From Candidatus Bathyarchaeota archaeon (GTDB taxonomy: Archaea; Thermoproteota; Bathyarchaeia; Bathyarchaeales; Bathycorpusculaceae), in the NCBI GenBank assembly GCA_963811105.1, contig CAWEPZ010000002.1, positions 224,001 through 288,000 on the forward strand: 64,000 nucleotides of DNA, read 5' to 3'. The translations under genes and the position numbers were made by a program. Every line of letters begins with the position of its first letter. Positions within the stretch are counted from its first letter, which is position 1. The notes beneath the pieces were generated by a model. That model ran no database searches, was not told the DNA's origin, and saw nothing but the letters and a program-made list of their open reading frames with translations. Positions 20,345-30,187 of this stretch are shown here, one piece after another.

Positions 20345-20646
20345 ACTTTTATTGCCTCTTCAAGTATCGGGCCTTTCAAACGGGGTTTTAAAGCGGTCTT
20401 TTCAATCAAATCAACATCCACACCTAATTCATCTTTGAGAAAAAGACGCAGTTCAATAAATTTGAAGAGATCAACATTGTTTGGTTCAATAAAAGTTACT
20501 AAAACATCCAAATCACTTTTTTCTGTCGCTTCCCCTCTAACGTAAGAACCAAAAAGTTCGATGACATCTACTGAAAAATTCTCTTTAAGAACGGGATTTA
20601 AAACCTTTAGTCGACGTTTTATTTCTTTTAGTGACTTCATTTTCAA
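20341..20646 (-). CDS. mntA: Minimal nucleotidyltransferase antitoxin (MntA-like)
   Basis: FGSYVRGEATEKSDLDVLV (GSX10DXD motif). Confidence 0.9.
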   Translation of the reverse strand: MKMKSLKEIKRRLKVLNPVLKENFSVDVIELFGSYVRGEATEKSDLDVLVTFIEPNNVDLFKFIELRLFLKDELGVDVDLIEKTALKPRLKGPILEEAIKV

Positions 20647-20747
20647 ATATTTCTATGAAGAATTAATATAAAGACTTTTGCAGCATTTCTAAGCGTTATC
20701 TGGATCATTGATAACCACATTACCAACGGCTCAAAACAATTTTCACA

Positions 20748-20890
20748 GTCAAACTTTCTCTTATGTAAGGAAACGATCCAAGGCAACTCCAAACAGACTT
20801 CCGACTACCTTTTACTCCATTTCATCCACACTTAAATTTCTTTCACCTATGTATTTCAGTCAACATTCTGTTATCAGCGAACCAAGTCGC
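20748..20890. repeat. ~145-bp duplicated segment, copy 2
   Basis: Matches 4246-4390. Confidence 0.9.
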
Positions 20891-20909
20891 CTACGCCATT
20901 GATTGTCAA

Positions 20910-21203
20910 TTAGGGAAGCGGGAATTCTGGCAAATGGCCACGTAAAACGTCGCCGTGGACCTTAGCGACGAAACCCATCCGCTGCATCGCAAACATAAAC
21001 AGGATATCTGGTGTAACGCATCGATTGAATTTAAAACGGTAATTACTCTCAAAGACACATCTTTTTATTAACACGCAGCTGGTACCCGCCATAACCCAGC
21101 CGTTAAGGATCTTGCCCTCAACAGCGTTTAGTGGTAAATACCAAACAGTCATGTTTTCATCTATGAAGCCTAGAATTAAGCCTTGGCCGTTATGTCGACG
21201 CAC
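20910..21203 (-). CDS. Hypothetical protein, possibly truncated
   Basis: ORF only. Confidence 0.35.
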   Translation of the reverse strand: MRRHNGQGLILGFIDENMTVWYLPLNAVEGKILNGWVMAGTSCVLIKRCVFESNYRFKFNRCVTPDILFMFAMQRMGFVAKVHGDVLRGHLPEFPLP

Positions 21204-21365
21204 AAACCCACAAGCAATATCAACATTTAAGCCGAGTAACTTCTGGATAGAAATGAATTAGGACTGTAGTCAATCAAACCTGGAGCCAAAGGAATTACTC
21301 ACGCTCAATAGGAAATAAAGTACTTCCAAAAGCTAAGACCTACATTTCACTCCGCAGATGAGTAC

Positions 21366-21420
21366 CTTGATAAAGTTAAGTTTATCAAGCTTTTCATTTA
21401 AAATTTAGTTTATGCTTTTC
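21366..21420. repeat. ~52-bp repeat starting with the palindrome CTTGATAAA-GTTAAG-TTTATCAAG (copy at 30938-30990)
   Basis: GATAAAGTTAAGTTTATCAAGCTTTTCAT shared by both copies. Confidence 0.85.
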
Positions 21421-21421
21421 T

Positions 21422-22498
21422 TTACGCTTGATTGATAGTTTTTCGATGCCTTCTATTAAGCAGTAAGCTAATGGCACCTATCAAGATTACGACAGCCACT
21501 ATAACAGTAATCGTTAGTGGGGAGACACTATTAATTATTGTAGTAGGTGTTGGCGTTGGAGCTATTGAGTTAATATCGACTGGTTGTCTTAACGGATAGT
21601 GGTCAACGTTGTTTTGGTCAATGACATATGTTCCACTTCCATTGTAGTCACTCCAATAGTTGTTTTTCCAAGTGTTAATTGAAGGAACATAAATTGGCAT
21701 GTTTGCTTTAGGATTGCGCTGATTAATCTGCTGGTTAATTTCGTTAAGGTTTTGATAATGGGAAAACAGGTCTTGAGCTTGTATAGTATTTCCAATTAAG
21801 CTGTTTTGATAAAAGGAGTTATTTGAAGAAGTGATAAAATTAATACCACTTCCAAAGTTAGCAATTCTGTTGGCTTCAATAAAGTTGTTATTGCTGTCTT
21901 CTATACGAAAAGCGCTTGCCTTCAAAGAAGAGCAAAATAGGTTGTCGTTATGGATAATTGAAGAATTAGTGGAAATCAGGAATATTGCAGCTTGGTCAAA
22001 CCTATCTTCTAAGTTGTTTCCTTCAACCAATACATTAGTGGAATGTGATATTTCAAATCCAAACGCATATGTGGTTACTGAGTTGTTTAAGAGATTGATA
22101 TTTGAGGAACTGTACACCTCTATGGCAGAATCAAAGCCTGAGAGAACAAAGTTCTTGACAGTTATCCCATTTACAAAGTCAAGTCTAATTCCTTGTGACC
22201 CAGCTCCCTTGATAGAGTGGTTTTCACCATCTAGAATAGTATTAGCTCTTTGAACCACAATGTTGTATACTGTAGTGTTGAAAAGAGAGTATGTTTCTGC
22301 TGATAAGTTGCTGGTTAAATGATATTCATTGCTTCCAATTCTGCTAATAGGTGCATCTGATGGATCAACGCTCCCATCACTTGCTATGACAATAGACCTC
22401 ACATTAGGAGGACCCAAGGGATTAGCTTGGGCAACTTCAAGTGGCAAAAGGAATAATATTAAGCAAATTAACGACACAGCAACAAATACTTTCTTCAT
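21422..22498 (-). CDS. NosD beta-helix surface protein
   Basis: IASDGSVDP, LDGEN, NYWSDY, DHYPL, TM-RRHRK. Confidence 0.9.
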   Translation of the reverse strand: MKKVFVAVSLICLILFLLPLEVAQANPLGPPNVRSIVIASDGSVDPSDAPISRIGSNEYHLTSNLSAETYSLFNTTVYNIVVQRANTILDGENHSIKGAGSQGIRLDFVNGITVKNFVLSGFDSAIEVYSSSNINLLNNSVTTYAFGFEISHSTNVLVEGNNLEDRFDQAAIFLISTNSSIIHNDNLFCSSLKASAFRIEDSNNNFIEANRIANFGSGINFITSSNNSFYQNSLIGNTIQAQDLFSHYQNLNEINQQINQRNPKANMPIYVPSINTWKNNYWSDYNGSGTYVIDQNNVDHYPLRQPVDINSIAPTPTPTTIINSVSPLTITVIVAVVILIGAISLLLNRRHRKTINQA

Positions 22499-22527
22499 AT
22501 TACCTAATTTATTGCTGCTACTTTATC

Positions 22528-22582
22528 CTTAAAAGATTTGCAGTAAAGATTCCTTGACTAAACTTAGTCAAACTTTCTTGAC
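22528..22582 (-). promoter_or_regulatory. Tandem dyads (8-bp spacer), 7 bp, TATA
   Basis: Boxes 22543-22558 and 22567-22582. Confidence 0.85.
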
Positions 22583-22690
22583 TAAGTTGTGATAACAGCT
22601 AAAAACGATTGGCAAGTTTTTTGCAGAAAAAAGCTAATATTTGCAAAGAAACAAAATAAGAAGAGAAACTGATGTCTCTGCCCGTGCAGG

Positions 22691-23104
22691 TCAGTTATCG
22701 CCAATCCATATTACGTCAGTTAGATTTTTGAAATGTTCATCGCCAGTTAAGATCTTGCAGCCCTTTACTTTTGCGGTAGCGTAAATGATCGCATCAAATA
22801 AGCCAGGAGTATTCTGTTTGAGATTTTTTGCGTTCTTGATAAGCTCTAATTGGCATTTTGCCGCTTCCAAAGCAATTATAGTATCAATTGGAATGATTGC
22901 TGACGCGTTTGTTATTATCTCTATCCAGCCGGTGATAGTCTGTTCATCTGCGCCTTCTCTGAAGAACTTTCTAGCAGTCTCCGCCAAGACTATATCCGGA
23001 GTATATACTTCCTCGGCTTTTTCAAGAAGGTCTTTTACCTTAGAGCCTACCTCGCTGCCTAAAAGTAATTCAATCCATGCATAAGTGTCAATTACGATCT
23101 TCAC
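22691..23104 (-). CDS. vapC: PIN-domain VapC toxin
   Basis: GTG start KIVIDTYAWIE, LAE, DAIIYATA, LTGDEHF. Confidence 0.9.
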   Translation of the reverse strand: MKIVIDTYAWIELLLGSEVGSKVKDLLEKAEEVYTPDIVLAETARKFFREGADEQTITGWIEIITNASAIIPIDTIIALEAAKCQLELIKNAKNLKQNTPGLFDAIIYATAKVKGCKILTGDEHFKNLTDVIWIGDN

Positions 23105-23306
23105 CGCGGTCTTCCTCGGTAAATGGCTTAATTTGCCCTCGAGCGGCTCCATATGCACTTTCTAAAACTACTTTGCGTTGTTTTTTTATTAGTAACTGTA
23201 TTGTTTCATCAAGACTTTCAGCTTTCAGTCTTTTCCGAGTGTTTTCAAGGCTTTCAGCGGTTCTTTTTGAAACTCGAATTGTGGTGGCTTCGGTCAATAG
23301 TATCAC
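23088..23306 (-). CDS. vapB: VapB-type antitoxin
   Basis: TTIRVSKRT..L..., ESLDETIQLL; overlaps vapC. Confidence 0.8.
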   Translation of the reverse strand: MILLTEATTIRVSKRTAESLENTRKRLKAESLDETIQLLIKKQRKVVLESAYGAARGQIKPFTEEDRGEDRN

Positions 23307-23518
23307 TGCTAAATATTAATGATGCATGCATATAAGCATATATATTTCACAATTTCAGCAATTTGCGTATAATTGACAGGCTAATTATAGTTAGGTGCTA
23401 GTCTTTTCCTTACGATAGTCAGTGCGATTGTTGTTGTGAGTAGTATGGTTAGGATTGTTAACCAAGAAAACTCAGGAACGGTAACTACCCGCTAAAAGAA
23501 ACACAATAGAAACTTTGC

Positions 23519-24304
23519 TCATTTGTTAGGTATTTTTGGATGCTTCTTTCTAATTATGAGAACTAAAGTAATTATAGCGATAACTAATGCAAGTATTAAC
23601 ACAATTAGAAGAGCTATGTTTTGGTTAATAGCATTATGAGAATTAGAGCTAATTATTGTTTGAGTTTGAGTTGGAGTTTGTAATGTGTCAATGGTAAAAT
23701 CTACAGATGATGATCCTTCCATGAAGTAATAGTTGGAATAGACATTGAGAAAGTTGCCAACAATTATGCCACTTGGACTAACAGGTTGCTTAACATTTTG
23801 TCTTCCAGTCTCAAACTCGTACAATGCGCTTGCATAGACTGTGACTGTTTTTGGTCCATCCGCTATATTTGAAAAAGTAACAGAGAAGGGTAAGGTCTGA
23901 TTGACAAGTTGGCTATTTGATCCAAAATCAATGGTAATATTATCTGATTGCCAACTTGGTTTAACACAAATTCCTTGAAAAGTAATATTGATGGGGTGAT
24001 AAATTGAATAAGAGTGATAATTAGTTGGTGCCTCTAAAGTCAAATTAAAGGTTAAAGTTAAGTTGTTTGAAGATAGAACAGTTTTGTTAATCATAGATGT
24101 GATTTCTATTTTTGGTTGCTCTGTTCCCTTTTGAGGTATTATCTCCGTTGGGAAATATTCAGTTGTATAAGAATCACCTTTATGGTAAGTTGAATGGGGT
24201 GTAGGTGCAACATTAACAATTGACTCAGCAGACACTGAAGGAATCAACAAAATTAGAATGATAATTGAGCTGACTGGTATTATCTTTGATTTCATATTCT
24301 CCAT
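23519..24304 (-). CDS. Secreted protein with C-terminal TM anchor
   Basis: Signal peptide, Thr-rich linker, TM-RKKH. Confidence 0.8.
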   Translation of the reverse strand: MENMKSKIIPVSSIIILILLIPSVSAESIVNVAPTPHSTYHKGDSYTTEYFPTEIIPQKGTEQPKIEITSMINKTVLSSNNLTLTFNLTLEAPTNYHSYSIYHPINITFQGICVKPSWQSDNITIDFGSNSQLVNQTLPFSVTFSNIADGPKTVTVYASALYEFETGRQNVKQPVSPSGIIVGNFLNVYSNYYFMEGSSSVDFTIDTLQTPTQTQTIISSNSHNAINQNIALLIVLILALVIAIITLVLIIRKKHPKIPNK

Positions 24305-24325
24305 TATTAGGAATAAACTTTGATA

Positions 24326-24370
24326 CTTTTAACTCTCCCATAGGAACAGCCTGTTCCGCTAGAAGAACAC
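24326..24370 (-). promoter_or_regulatory. GGAACA-N3-TGTTCC dyad upstream of BRE/TATA
   Basis: Dyad 24343-24357; homologous context at 25587-25630. Confidence 0.65.
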
Positions 24371-24407
24371 TTGATTAACCAAATATTTGAACAGTTTTTA
24401 TTTTCAC

Positions 24408-25553
24408 CTAAACTTGTTTCCGATATCTCTGAACCGAAAAGATACATGTTATGGCGATAATGGCAAGTATCAGTGCTCCGGCGATAACAAAGAAGTCTGA
24501 GGTGGATATCAACTGTGAGTTTACTTGCTGATTAGATGTATTACTGGGTAAATTGCTTGTTGAGTTAGTTTGCAGGCTGCTGGTTGGTTGGGAAACAGCC
24601 GAAGATGTAGTGGTCGATTGGTTGATTGTTGCTTGATTTTCATTCCACTCAACTGGATTGGGGTTAACTCCAACAACGCTTAAAGGTGTTCCAAGCATCT
24701 GGGCACTTGCTTGACCAGAAGCTGCGAGTACATTAACGGTTAAGCAAAGACTTGAATCATTATACAGCATTAACCAGCAAGGAACGTACACATTGCTATT
24801 TTGAGATGACAAAGTCATGCGCGAACTATCAAGCGTGATGTTGTTTGCAAAAATAATTGTATCGTTGTTTTTAGGTTTAGAAAAGACGTTAGTTAAAAGG
24901 TAGTTAGCAGCAATTTTTTCCGCTTGATCTTGTGAAACCTTGACATCGATGTTGCCAAGAGTATGATCTAGACTGCTTCTTAATCTGTAAAATAATCCAT
25001 AATTGAACTCCAGATTTAGTCCTGCATATTCAAGTCCATTCCAAGTATAAGACCAGTGATAAATTGTTGAATTAACAGCGTTTGGAATACTAAGGACACT
25101 TTGGGTTAATGTTAGGTTTCCATAAGTAATATTTCTGCTCGATCCTAGTGCACTAAATGTTTTCGTAAAAGGAGATTCGTCTAATTGATTGGCTTTTCCA
25201 AAACCTTCTAGAGAATGAATGGCAGCCGCAGTTCGATTCTCATATACGCCGGTTGAAGGTTGGCCTGAAATCGGTCTTAGGTCTAACTCTATGAATTTGC
25301 CGTCTGTAAATTGAACTACTGTGCTTAGTTTGCAAGAGTCTGAGGTTAATTCATAAGTTACAACCACGCTTGAAGTCATGTTAGTTGTTTTTGGCTCTGA
25401 TAACTGATAGTTGCTAAAATCAAGAGGTAAAATATTTGTTATGTAATTAAGGGCTTGTTGCTCAAGCGTAGGATCTTGAGCTCGCATGGGAGGCATTAGC
25501 CCCAAAATAAACAGAAGACCGATAGCGAAGACAATGAGGTGCATTTTCTTCAT
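24408..25553 (-). CDS. Secreted protein with Ser/Thr linker and C-terminal TM
   Basis: Likely start MKKMHLIVFAIGLL; TM-RYRK tail. Confidence 0.8.
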   Translation of the reverse strand: MKKMHLIVFAIGLLFILGLMPPMRAQDPTLEQQALNYITNILPLDFSNYQLSEPKTTNMTSSVVVTYELTSDSCKLSTVVQFTDGKFIELDLRPISGQPSTGVYENRTAAAIHSLEGFGKANQLDESPFTKTFSALGSSRNITYGNLTLTQSVLSIPNAVNSTIYHWSYTWNGLEYAGLNLEFNYGLFYRLRSSLDHTLGNIDVKVSQDQAEKIAANYLLTNVFSKPKNNDTIIFANNITLDSSRMTLSSQNSNVYVPCWLMLYNDSSLCLTVNVLAASGQASAQMLGTPLSVVGVNPNPVEWNENQATINQSTTTSSAVSQPTSSLQTNSTSNLPSNTSNQQVNSQLISTSDFFVIAGALILAIIAITCIFSVQRYRKQV

Positions 25554-25586
25554 TAGGCATCCACAAAATACATTCTTGCATGTCAT

Positions 25587-25630
25587 ATTTAGCTCTCCTA
25601 CTGGAACAAAGTGTTCCAAAACTGGAACAG
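25587..25630 (-). promoter_or_regulatory. GGAACA-N3-TGTTCC dyad upstream of BRE/TATA
   Basis: Dyad 25603-25617 plus a half-site at 25624-25629. Confidence 0.65.
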
Positions 25631-25673
25631 ATACATTTCATAGACATCACAGATATTCAACTTGACTGATTTT

Positions 25674-26294
25674 CTATGTCAAACATTTCTTTGTAGTTTT
25701 TTTCACAACTATAGATAGAGCAATTGGAATGGCGAGTAGTAAGGGTAGAATTGTTAACCAAGAAAACTCTGGAACAGAAGGAGATGGGGAATTTTTGGGG
25801 GGTAGAGATGGAGAGGGTGATGTTGTTGGTTGTGCTACGGGCGACGACTGAACAGTAACAACTATTCCCATTGGCTGAAAAGACTGGTATTCGCTTTCTC
25901 CGTTTGAATCGGTTATCCGCAACGAAATGCCGTATCTTCCAAGAGTGGATTCAACGAATTTGAATGTTGATATATTGGAATTTGGAACGGCAACTGTAAA
26001 CCAGCGCTCAGGTGGTAAAGCTGTGTCTAAGTAAGTAATATACCATTGGTAAGTGTATGGAGGTGTTCCACCTTTTCCGTGTGCGGTGAACTCAGTTGGT
26101 TGGTTTATTCCAGTTGTTCTCCACCATGGTTGGTCTACAATCACTGTTGGGCTGTCAATTGCCAATACCGCATACTTTGGTTTAGTTCCATAACTTCCAA
26201 TTAGATTAGCCATAGTTAACTCAGCACACGGAATTATGCTAAGCAATGATAACAAGATAAGGCAAGAGACAAATAGTTTTCTCATCCATGTCAC
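25674..26294 (-). CDS. PKD/Ig-like surface protein with PEF-CTERM tail
   Basis: GGTPPYTYQW, VPEFSWLTILPLLLAIPIAL-KK. Confidence 0.85.
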   Translation of the reverse strand: MTWMRKLFVSCLILLSLLSIIPCAELTMANLIGSYGTKPKYAVLAIDSPTVIVDQPWWRTTGINQPTEFTAHGKGGTPPYTYQWYITYLDTALPPERWFTVAVPNSNISTFKFVESTLGRYGISLRITDSNGESEYQSFQPMGIVVTVQSSPVAQPTTSPSPSLPPKNSPSPSVPEFSWLTILPLLLAIPIALSIVVKKTTKKCLT

Positions 26295-26317
26295 TTATTT
26301 CTACTAAGAGTTATCTT

Positions 26318-26348
26318 CATAAGAGTTTTTTCGTCAAACTTTCTCGAC
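26318..26348 (-). promoter_or_regulatory. Dyad box, 7 bp, TATA
   Basis: GTCAAACTTTCTCGAC at 26333-26348; TATA 26318-26325. Confidence 0.7.
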
Positions 26349-26362
26349 TATATTCTTTTTTG

Positions 26363-26491
26363 TCAAACATTTTTCTGCACTTTCTTCCTAATTATCGCCA
26401 GTGCAATTGGTATTGTGAGTAGTAAGGATAGAATTGTTAGCCAAGAAAACTCTGGAACAGAAGGCGTTGGAGTTGGTATACCTTGATTCAT
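26363..26491 (-). CDS. Stand-alone PEF-CTERM mini-ORF (42 aa) or remnant
   Basis: MNQGIPTPTPSVPEFSWLTILSLLLTIPIALAIIRKKVQKNV* with AGGTG upstream. Confidence 0.5.
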   Translation of the reverse strand: MNQGIPTPTPSVPEFSWLTILSLLLTIPIALAIIRKKVQKNV

Positions 26492-26673
26492 TGGCTCACA
26501 CCTATTAGATGATTGTACAAATAACATTGCTAACACTTTGAAAATTTACGGACCAAAATAAATAAACTCTGAAGAAACATTCCAAGGCTAACCAATTCCT
26601 TTTATAATTTTGTGCAATGCTTTTGGATTAGGGTTATGGTTTCAGCGGGTCATAACTTTTTGGTTTCTGCGGG

Positions 26674-27210
26674 TTATAACTTTTCAAAGACTTCATATTC
26701 AACTTCATCGTTAAACGGCTTAAGTGCTTTAAGCAATCCTTTATCCAAAGTTGCAATGAAAACTTTTTCCTTAGCTTCCTTATTGAGCTGGACGATAAGT
26801 GCGATAAGTTCTGGATCTCCCTTCTTTACTGCATATTCTGGCGTTGCCTCCAGCTTACTCAGGTGCTTTCTGACATTGTCTATTACTTTTGAGTATTTTC
26901 TATAATTCACCGTTTCAACTTGAATTAGTCCTTGTTCTATACTTGTGCTTATTCTTTTTACAGAATCCAATATTTTATTTGCTAATTCTGGGGATGTTTC
27001 TCTTATTTTTTCTGCTAAACTTTTTGGGTCATCGATGACTTCCTGTGCTATCGCTTTGGGAATAATGATTTTGTAGTTTTCTTTCTTTTTCTGAAGCAAG
27101 AAATCAACTAGCTTCCCTTTCCTGTCATAGAATATGAGAGTTGATGAATCTACTACAAGATACCTAGGCATCGATGCCACCGACTTCGTCGAGAAGGGAG
27201 ACAAACTCAT
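26674..27210 (-). CDS. PIN-domain toxin-like protein
   Basis: LVVDSSTLI, IPKAIAQEV, GDPELIAL, IATLDKGL. Confidence 0.8.
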   Translation of the reverse strand: MSLSPFSTKSVASMPRYLVVDSSTLIFYDRKGKLVDFLLQKKKENYKIIIPKAIAQEVIDDPKSLAEKIRETSPELANKILDSVKRISTSIEQGLIQVETVNYRKYSKVIDNVRKHLSKLEATPEYAVKKGDPELIALIVQLNKEAKEKVFIATLDKGLLKALKPFNDEVEYEVFEKL

Positions 27211-27613
27211 AGTAGGTTATTCCTAAAGTAGCGGCTGCTTGTCTAAACGTCATCTTTTCAGCCTTTACTTTTTCTGCAACTTTGTTGAATTTCTGGATCC
27301 CTTCATCTCCAAAGCGGTTTTTGTAGAGATCCAACATCGTTTGTTCCTCGAATGCCTCCATTAACTTCTCAGGTGAAACTTCAAGCTTGAAATCACCTGC
27401 AAAATATATTTTCGTGTTACCTTTAGCTTCGCTTTCAACAGCGCTTGCAGCTTCAAGCTCTCTTAGGTACTTGTAGACGGTTGGCAGGGGATATCCTAAG
27501 TGTTTTCCTATGCCTTCTGCGGTTTCGCCTCTATGTTTTGCTAAGTGCGCGATTATCTTTGCCTTGTTCGGATTCCCTATCGCTCGAAGAATTGAAACTG
27601 TTTTCTCAGCCAT
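27164..27613 (-). CDS. ArsR-like HTH fused to a UPF0175-like antitoxin domain
   Basis: AIGNPNKAKII..HTH; C-terminal MTFRQAAATLGITYYEF..LL. Confidence 0.75.
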   Translation of the reverse strand: MAEKTVSILRAIGNPNKAKIIAHLAKHRGETAEGIGKHLGYPLPTVYKYLRELEAASAVESEAKGNTKIYFAGDFKLEVSPEKLMEAFEEQTMLDLYKNRFGDEGIQKFNKVAEKVKAEKMTFRQAAATLGITYYEFVSLLDEVGGIDA

Positions 27614-27734
27614 AAACGGTCAGTTAATAAAATATATAATGACAACTATAAACGATTCGGATTAAAAAAAATATATCATAGGATCCATCTTTTAGTCCAG
27701 AACAAGCAAATTATCCTAAAAGTTTTTCAGCTAT

Positions 27735-28394
27735 TTAGTGCTGGGCTAAGGCATACTTTGATTTGTCCACAGATTGGGGTGTAAATTTTACAGGCAAGAC
27801 AGTTTCAACCGTGATGAAGACAAGGTCTCCAACAGCTGACAAGCTGATTTCTGAATTTTCTAGTTGATAGAATCCAGCAAGTCGTTCAGGAAGTTTGAGG
27901 GTAACAACTCCAGGTCTTTTCTCGACAGAGACACACTCTACGGAAAATGCTTTTACGCCCCATTCTCCTACTTCATGAGGGGCAATCCCAATGGTTGACC
28001 TAGACAAAGCATAGACAAACGCCTTTTCCCTCCAAAGATCACAGCTGACCAACTCCGTTGGTATCCGTACTATATTATCCTGTTTCTTGTCAAAGTCTGC
28101 AGGATAAACCGTTTTGACCAGCATTCCTCTTTTCAAGTTATGTTTCACTGAAGCTTTGCCTTCAACAATCAAGCGGTTAACGCTTCCATCGGCCTTTCCG
28201 TTTGTCCACTCAAGGTTCTCGGCGATTTCAGCAATTGATATTCCTGGTTTCATCATGATTTCCTTTAAGACGGCAGCGTCGGTTAACCGCCCCTTTTTGT
28301 GCATAACTACGGGAGCACCTGAAAGCTGATTCATGAATGTCACTGTCGATATTAAGATGCAGTAAGATACTAATAAGCGTTTAGAAGCTTCCAA
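27735..28394 (-). CDS. Winged-helix DNA-binding protein
   Basis: KPGISIAEIAENLEWTNGKADGSVNRL; true start probably MHKKG. Confidence 0.6.
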   Translation of the reverse strand: MEASKRLLVSYCILISTVTFMNQLSGAPVVMHKKGRLTDAAVLKEIMMKPGISIAEIAENLEWTNGKADGSVNRLIVEGKASVKHNLKRGMLVKTVYPADFDKKQDNIVRIPTELVSCDLWREKAFVYALSRSTIGIAPHEVGEWGVKAFSVECVSVEKRPGVVTLKLPERLAGFYQLENSEISLSAVGDLVFITVETVLPVKFTPQSVDKSKYALAQH

Positions 28395-28435
28395 ACTATT
28401 ATCAAATTAACACCAAAAAACCATAAGACACCCCT

Positions 28436-28684
28436 ATGACCAAGCCAGTGCTCATAAGTCCCGCATCCTACAGATGGCTACAAAGACACCGATTCATCTC
28501 CGAAGAAGTTATAATAGGCATAACCCTAAACTGCCCAACAAGCGAACGCAAATACTCAGACAACAACAGATTCCAAATAATCTTCAAAAGAAGAAAAAAC
28601 GGAAAATTCGTAAACATCACATTATAGGTGGAAGAGCAAAAAGACTCATTTTACGTTGGCAAAATGCACTCAGAAAAATCATAA
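28436..28684 (+). pseudogene. Small basic toxin-like gene with an internal TAG
   Basis: Frame continues past TAG 28625-28627 as VEEQKDSFYVGKMHSEKS to TAA 28682-28684. Confidence 0.45.
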
Positions 28685-28872
28685 CGCGAAGCTAACAACC
28701 AAAATGGCTCCGCTCCATTATTGCTTTCTCCAAAACAAATTTGGTTCTGTTTGAAGAAACGTTGATGTGCTTTTGAATTCTGGTTTTGTTGTTTTTGTTG
28801 TTTTTTAGTGCTGAGTCTATCTGTCTGTGAAGAGGCAATATCCTCTCGGGTTAAATCTCGGTATCGATGAAT

Positions 28873-29205
28873 TTATTTGGTCGGAGGGTTCGTGGATTTT
28901 TTTGTAAGATCCGCATACTTCTCCCTCCATTCTAGCAATTCAGATTCAAGCCCACGATAATCGACGTATTGCGCTATGAGTTCCTGGTATACTTTGACGC
29001 CCTGGATGATGGTGCGTAAACGCAAAACATCCGTCTTATCCAACTTTGGCGTCTCAAGACCTTTCAAGGCTGCAACTAAGGTCTTGAGTTCTTCCTCAAT
29101 TGAGGACAACTCAGGGGGCAAAACTAACTTATCAAAGGTAGTTGTTGATGGCGTGTTTTTTTCACCCTCATCAACAACTACTAAGCCTAAGCGCGATGCT
29201 TTCAT
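28873..29205 (-). pseudogene. 5'-truncated hypothetical gene, probably mobile-element derived
   Basis: Coiled-coil C-terminus; the 5' end is replaced by the truncated DUF5615 gene. Confidence 0.45.
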
Positions 29206-29431
29206 CTTTCAACCTCAAAAGAATTATTCCGGGAGGTTTGAAAAAGCCTGCCAGTCTTCCAAAGTCCTTATCATTGGTAATAATAACTCGACGCTCTTTG
29301 ACTGCTAACCTCAGGATCTCCTCATCTTCAGCTCCCTTCATGCATTCGATGACCGAGACCGAGTCATATTTCAACTCTTTGAGCTTCTGCGAAACCAAAA
29401 TTCCTGTGCATTCATCGACTAGAAACTTCAA
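29171..29431 (-). pseudogene. DUF5615 PIN-like toxin, 3'-truncated
   Basis: TTG start KFLVDEC, DEEIL..A..ERRVIITNDKDFG, GIILLRL. Confidence 0.8.
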
Positions 29432-29441
29432 GTTTCCTAAC

Positions 29442-29687
29442 TCATGTAGCTGTGACGGGATAAGCTTCTTCTTCATCGGCAAGTTTGGCAGCATAGAGTA
29501 AGACAGCGGAAATATCTTCTCTGCAGAGATGCGGATAATCTCTAAGGATTTCATCCATAGACCATCCCTCAGCCATAAGTCTTAGGATTTGCTCTACAGT
29601 TACTCGCGTGCCCTTCACAACAGGTTTGCCGCCCATTATTTTTGGGTTTACAGCAATCCGCTTCAGAGGGTCTTGGTTATTTTTCAT
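29442..29687 (-). CDS. DUF433 antitoxin-like protein
   Basis: RIAVNPKIMGGKPVVKGTRVTVEQIL..YPHL..EDI. Confidence 0.9.
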   Translation of the reverse strand: MKNNQDPLKRIAVNPKIMGGKPVVKGTRVTVEQILRLMAEGWSMDEILRDYPHLCREDISAVLLYAAKLADEEEAYPVTAT

Positions 29688-29868
29688 TCAGGTACCTTCA
29701 AGTCAATTAATGGGGTTCCAATTAATAAAATATGACGATAACCCCGTACTGCACCCACTCCTCAGCCTGCAAAGGAACAAAACACCAGAATGCTGCGGCA
29801 GACCAATTCTTGAGTCTATGGACGAATAATCATTTTTAGTTGGAAACAAAAAAGAAAAAAGAGGATGT

Positions 29869-30063
29869 TTACAGCTTGTTGACTTTGTTCTTCCAGTAAA
29901 GCAGAATCGCGCCTGTCACGGTTGTAGCTAACGCAGTTGCCGGAGCCTTAATCTCCAGCGGGATCGGCAAAGAAGCAACAAACGTAGTAGTAGCGCCCGC
30001 AACTGTGCCAGCCAAAACGATCAAGGCTTCCTTATACTCAGACACCTCTACCTCAACAACCAA
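29869..30063 (-). CDS. Small two-TM protein (holin-like size)
   Basis: Two hydrophobic segments and a basic C-terminus; partial duplicate at 30636-30769. Confidence 0.55.
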   Translation of the reverse strand: MVVEVEVSEYKEALIVLAGTVAGATTTFVASLPIPLEIKAPATALATTVTGAILLYWKNKVNKL

Positions 30064-30187
30064 ACAAAATCACCCCAAAAGTTAACCTAAAACAGAAATG
30101 CGAACTCTACCCAAGAAAGATTCAAACATTCAGTTAGAAGAGAAGATTTTAGTAAGCGCATTAACTAATCCTAAATTGTGATCTATT

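Noticed and set aside
28625-28627. In-frame TAG as pyrrolysine readthrough
   Set aside because: No pyl genes in the window and TAG is used as a normal stop elsewhere; a TGG-to-TAG nonsense mutation is simpler.
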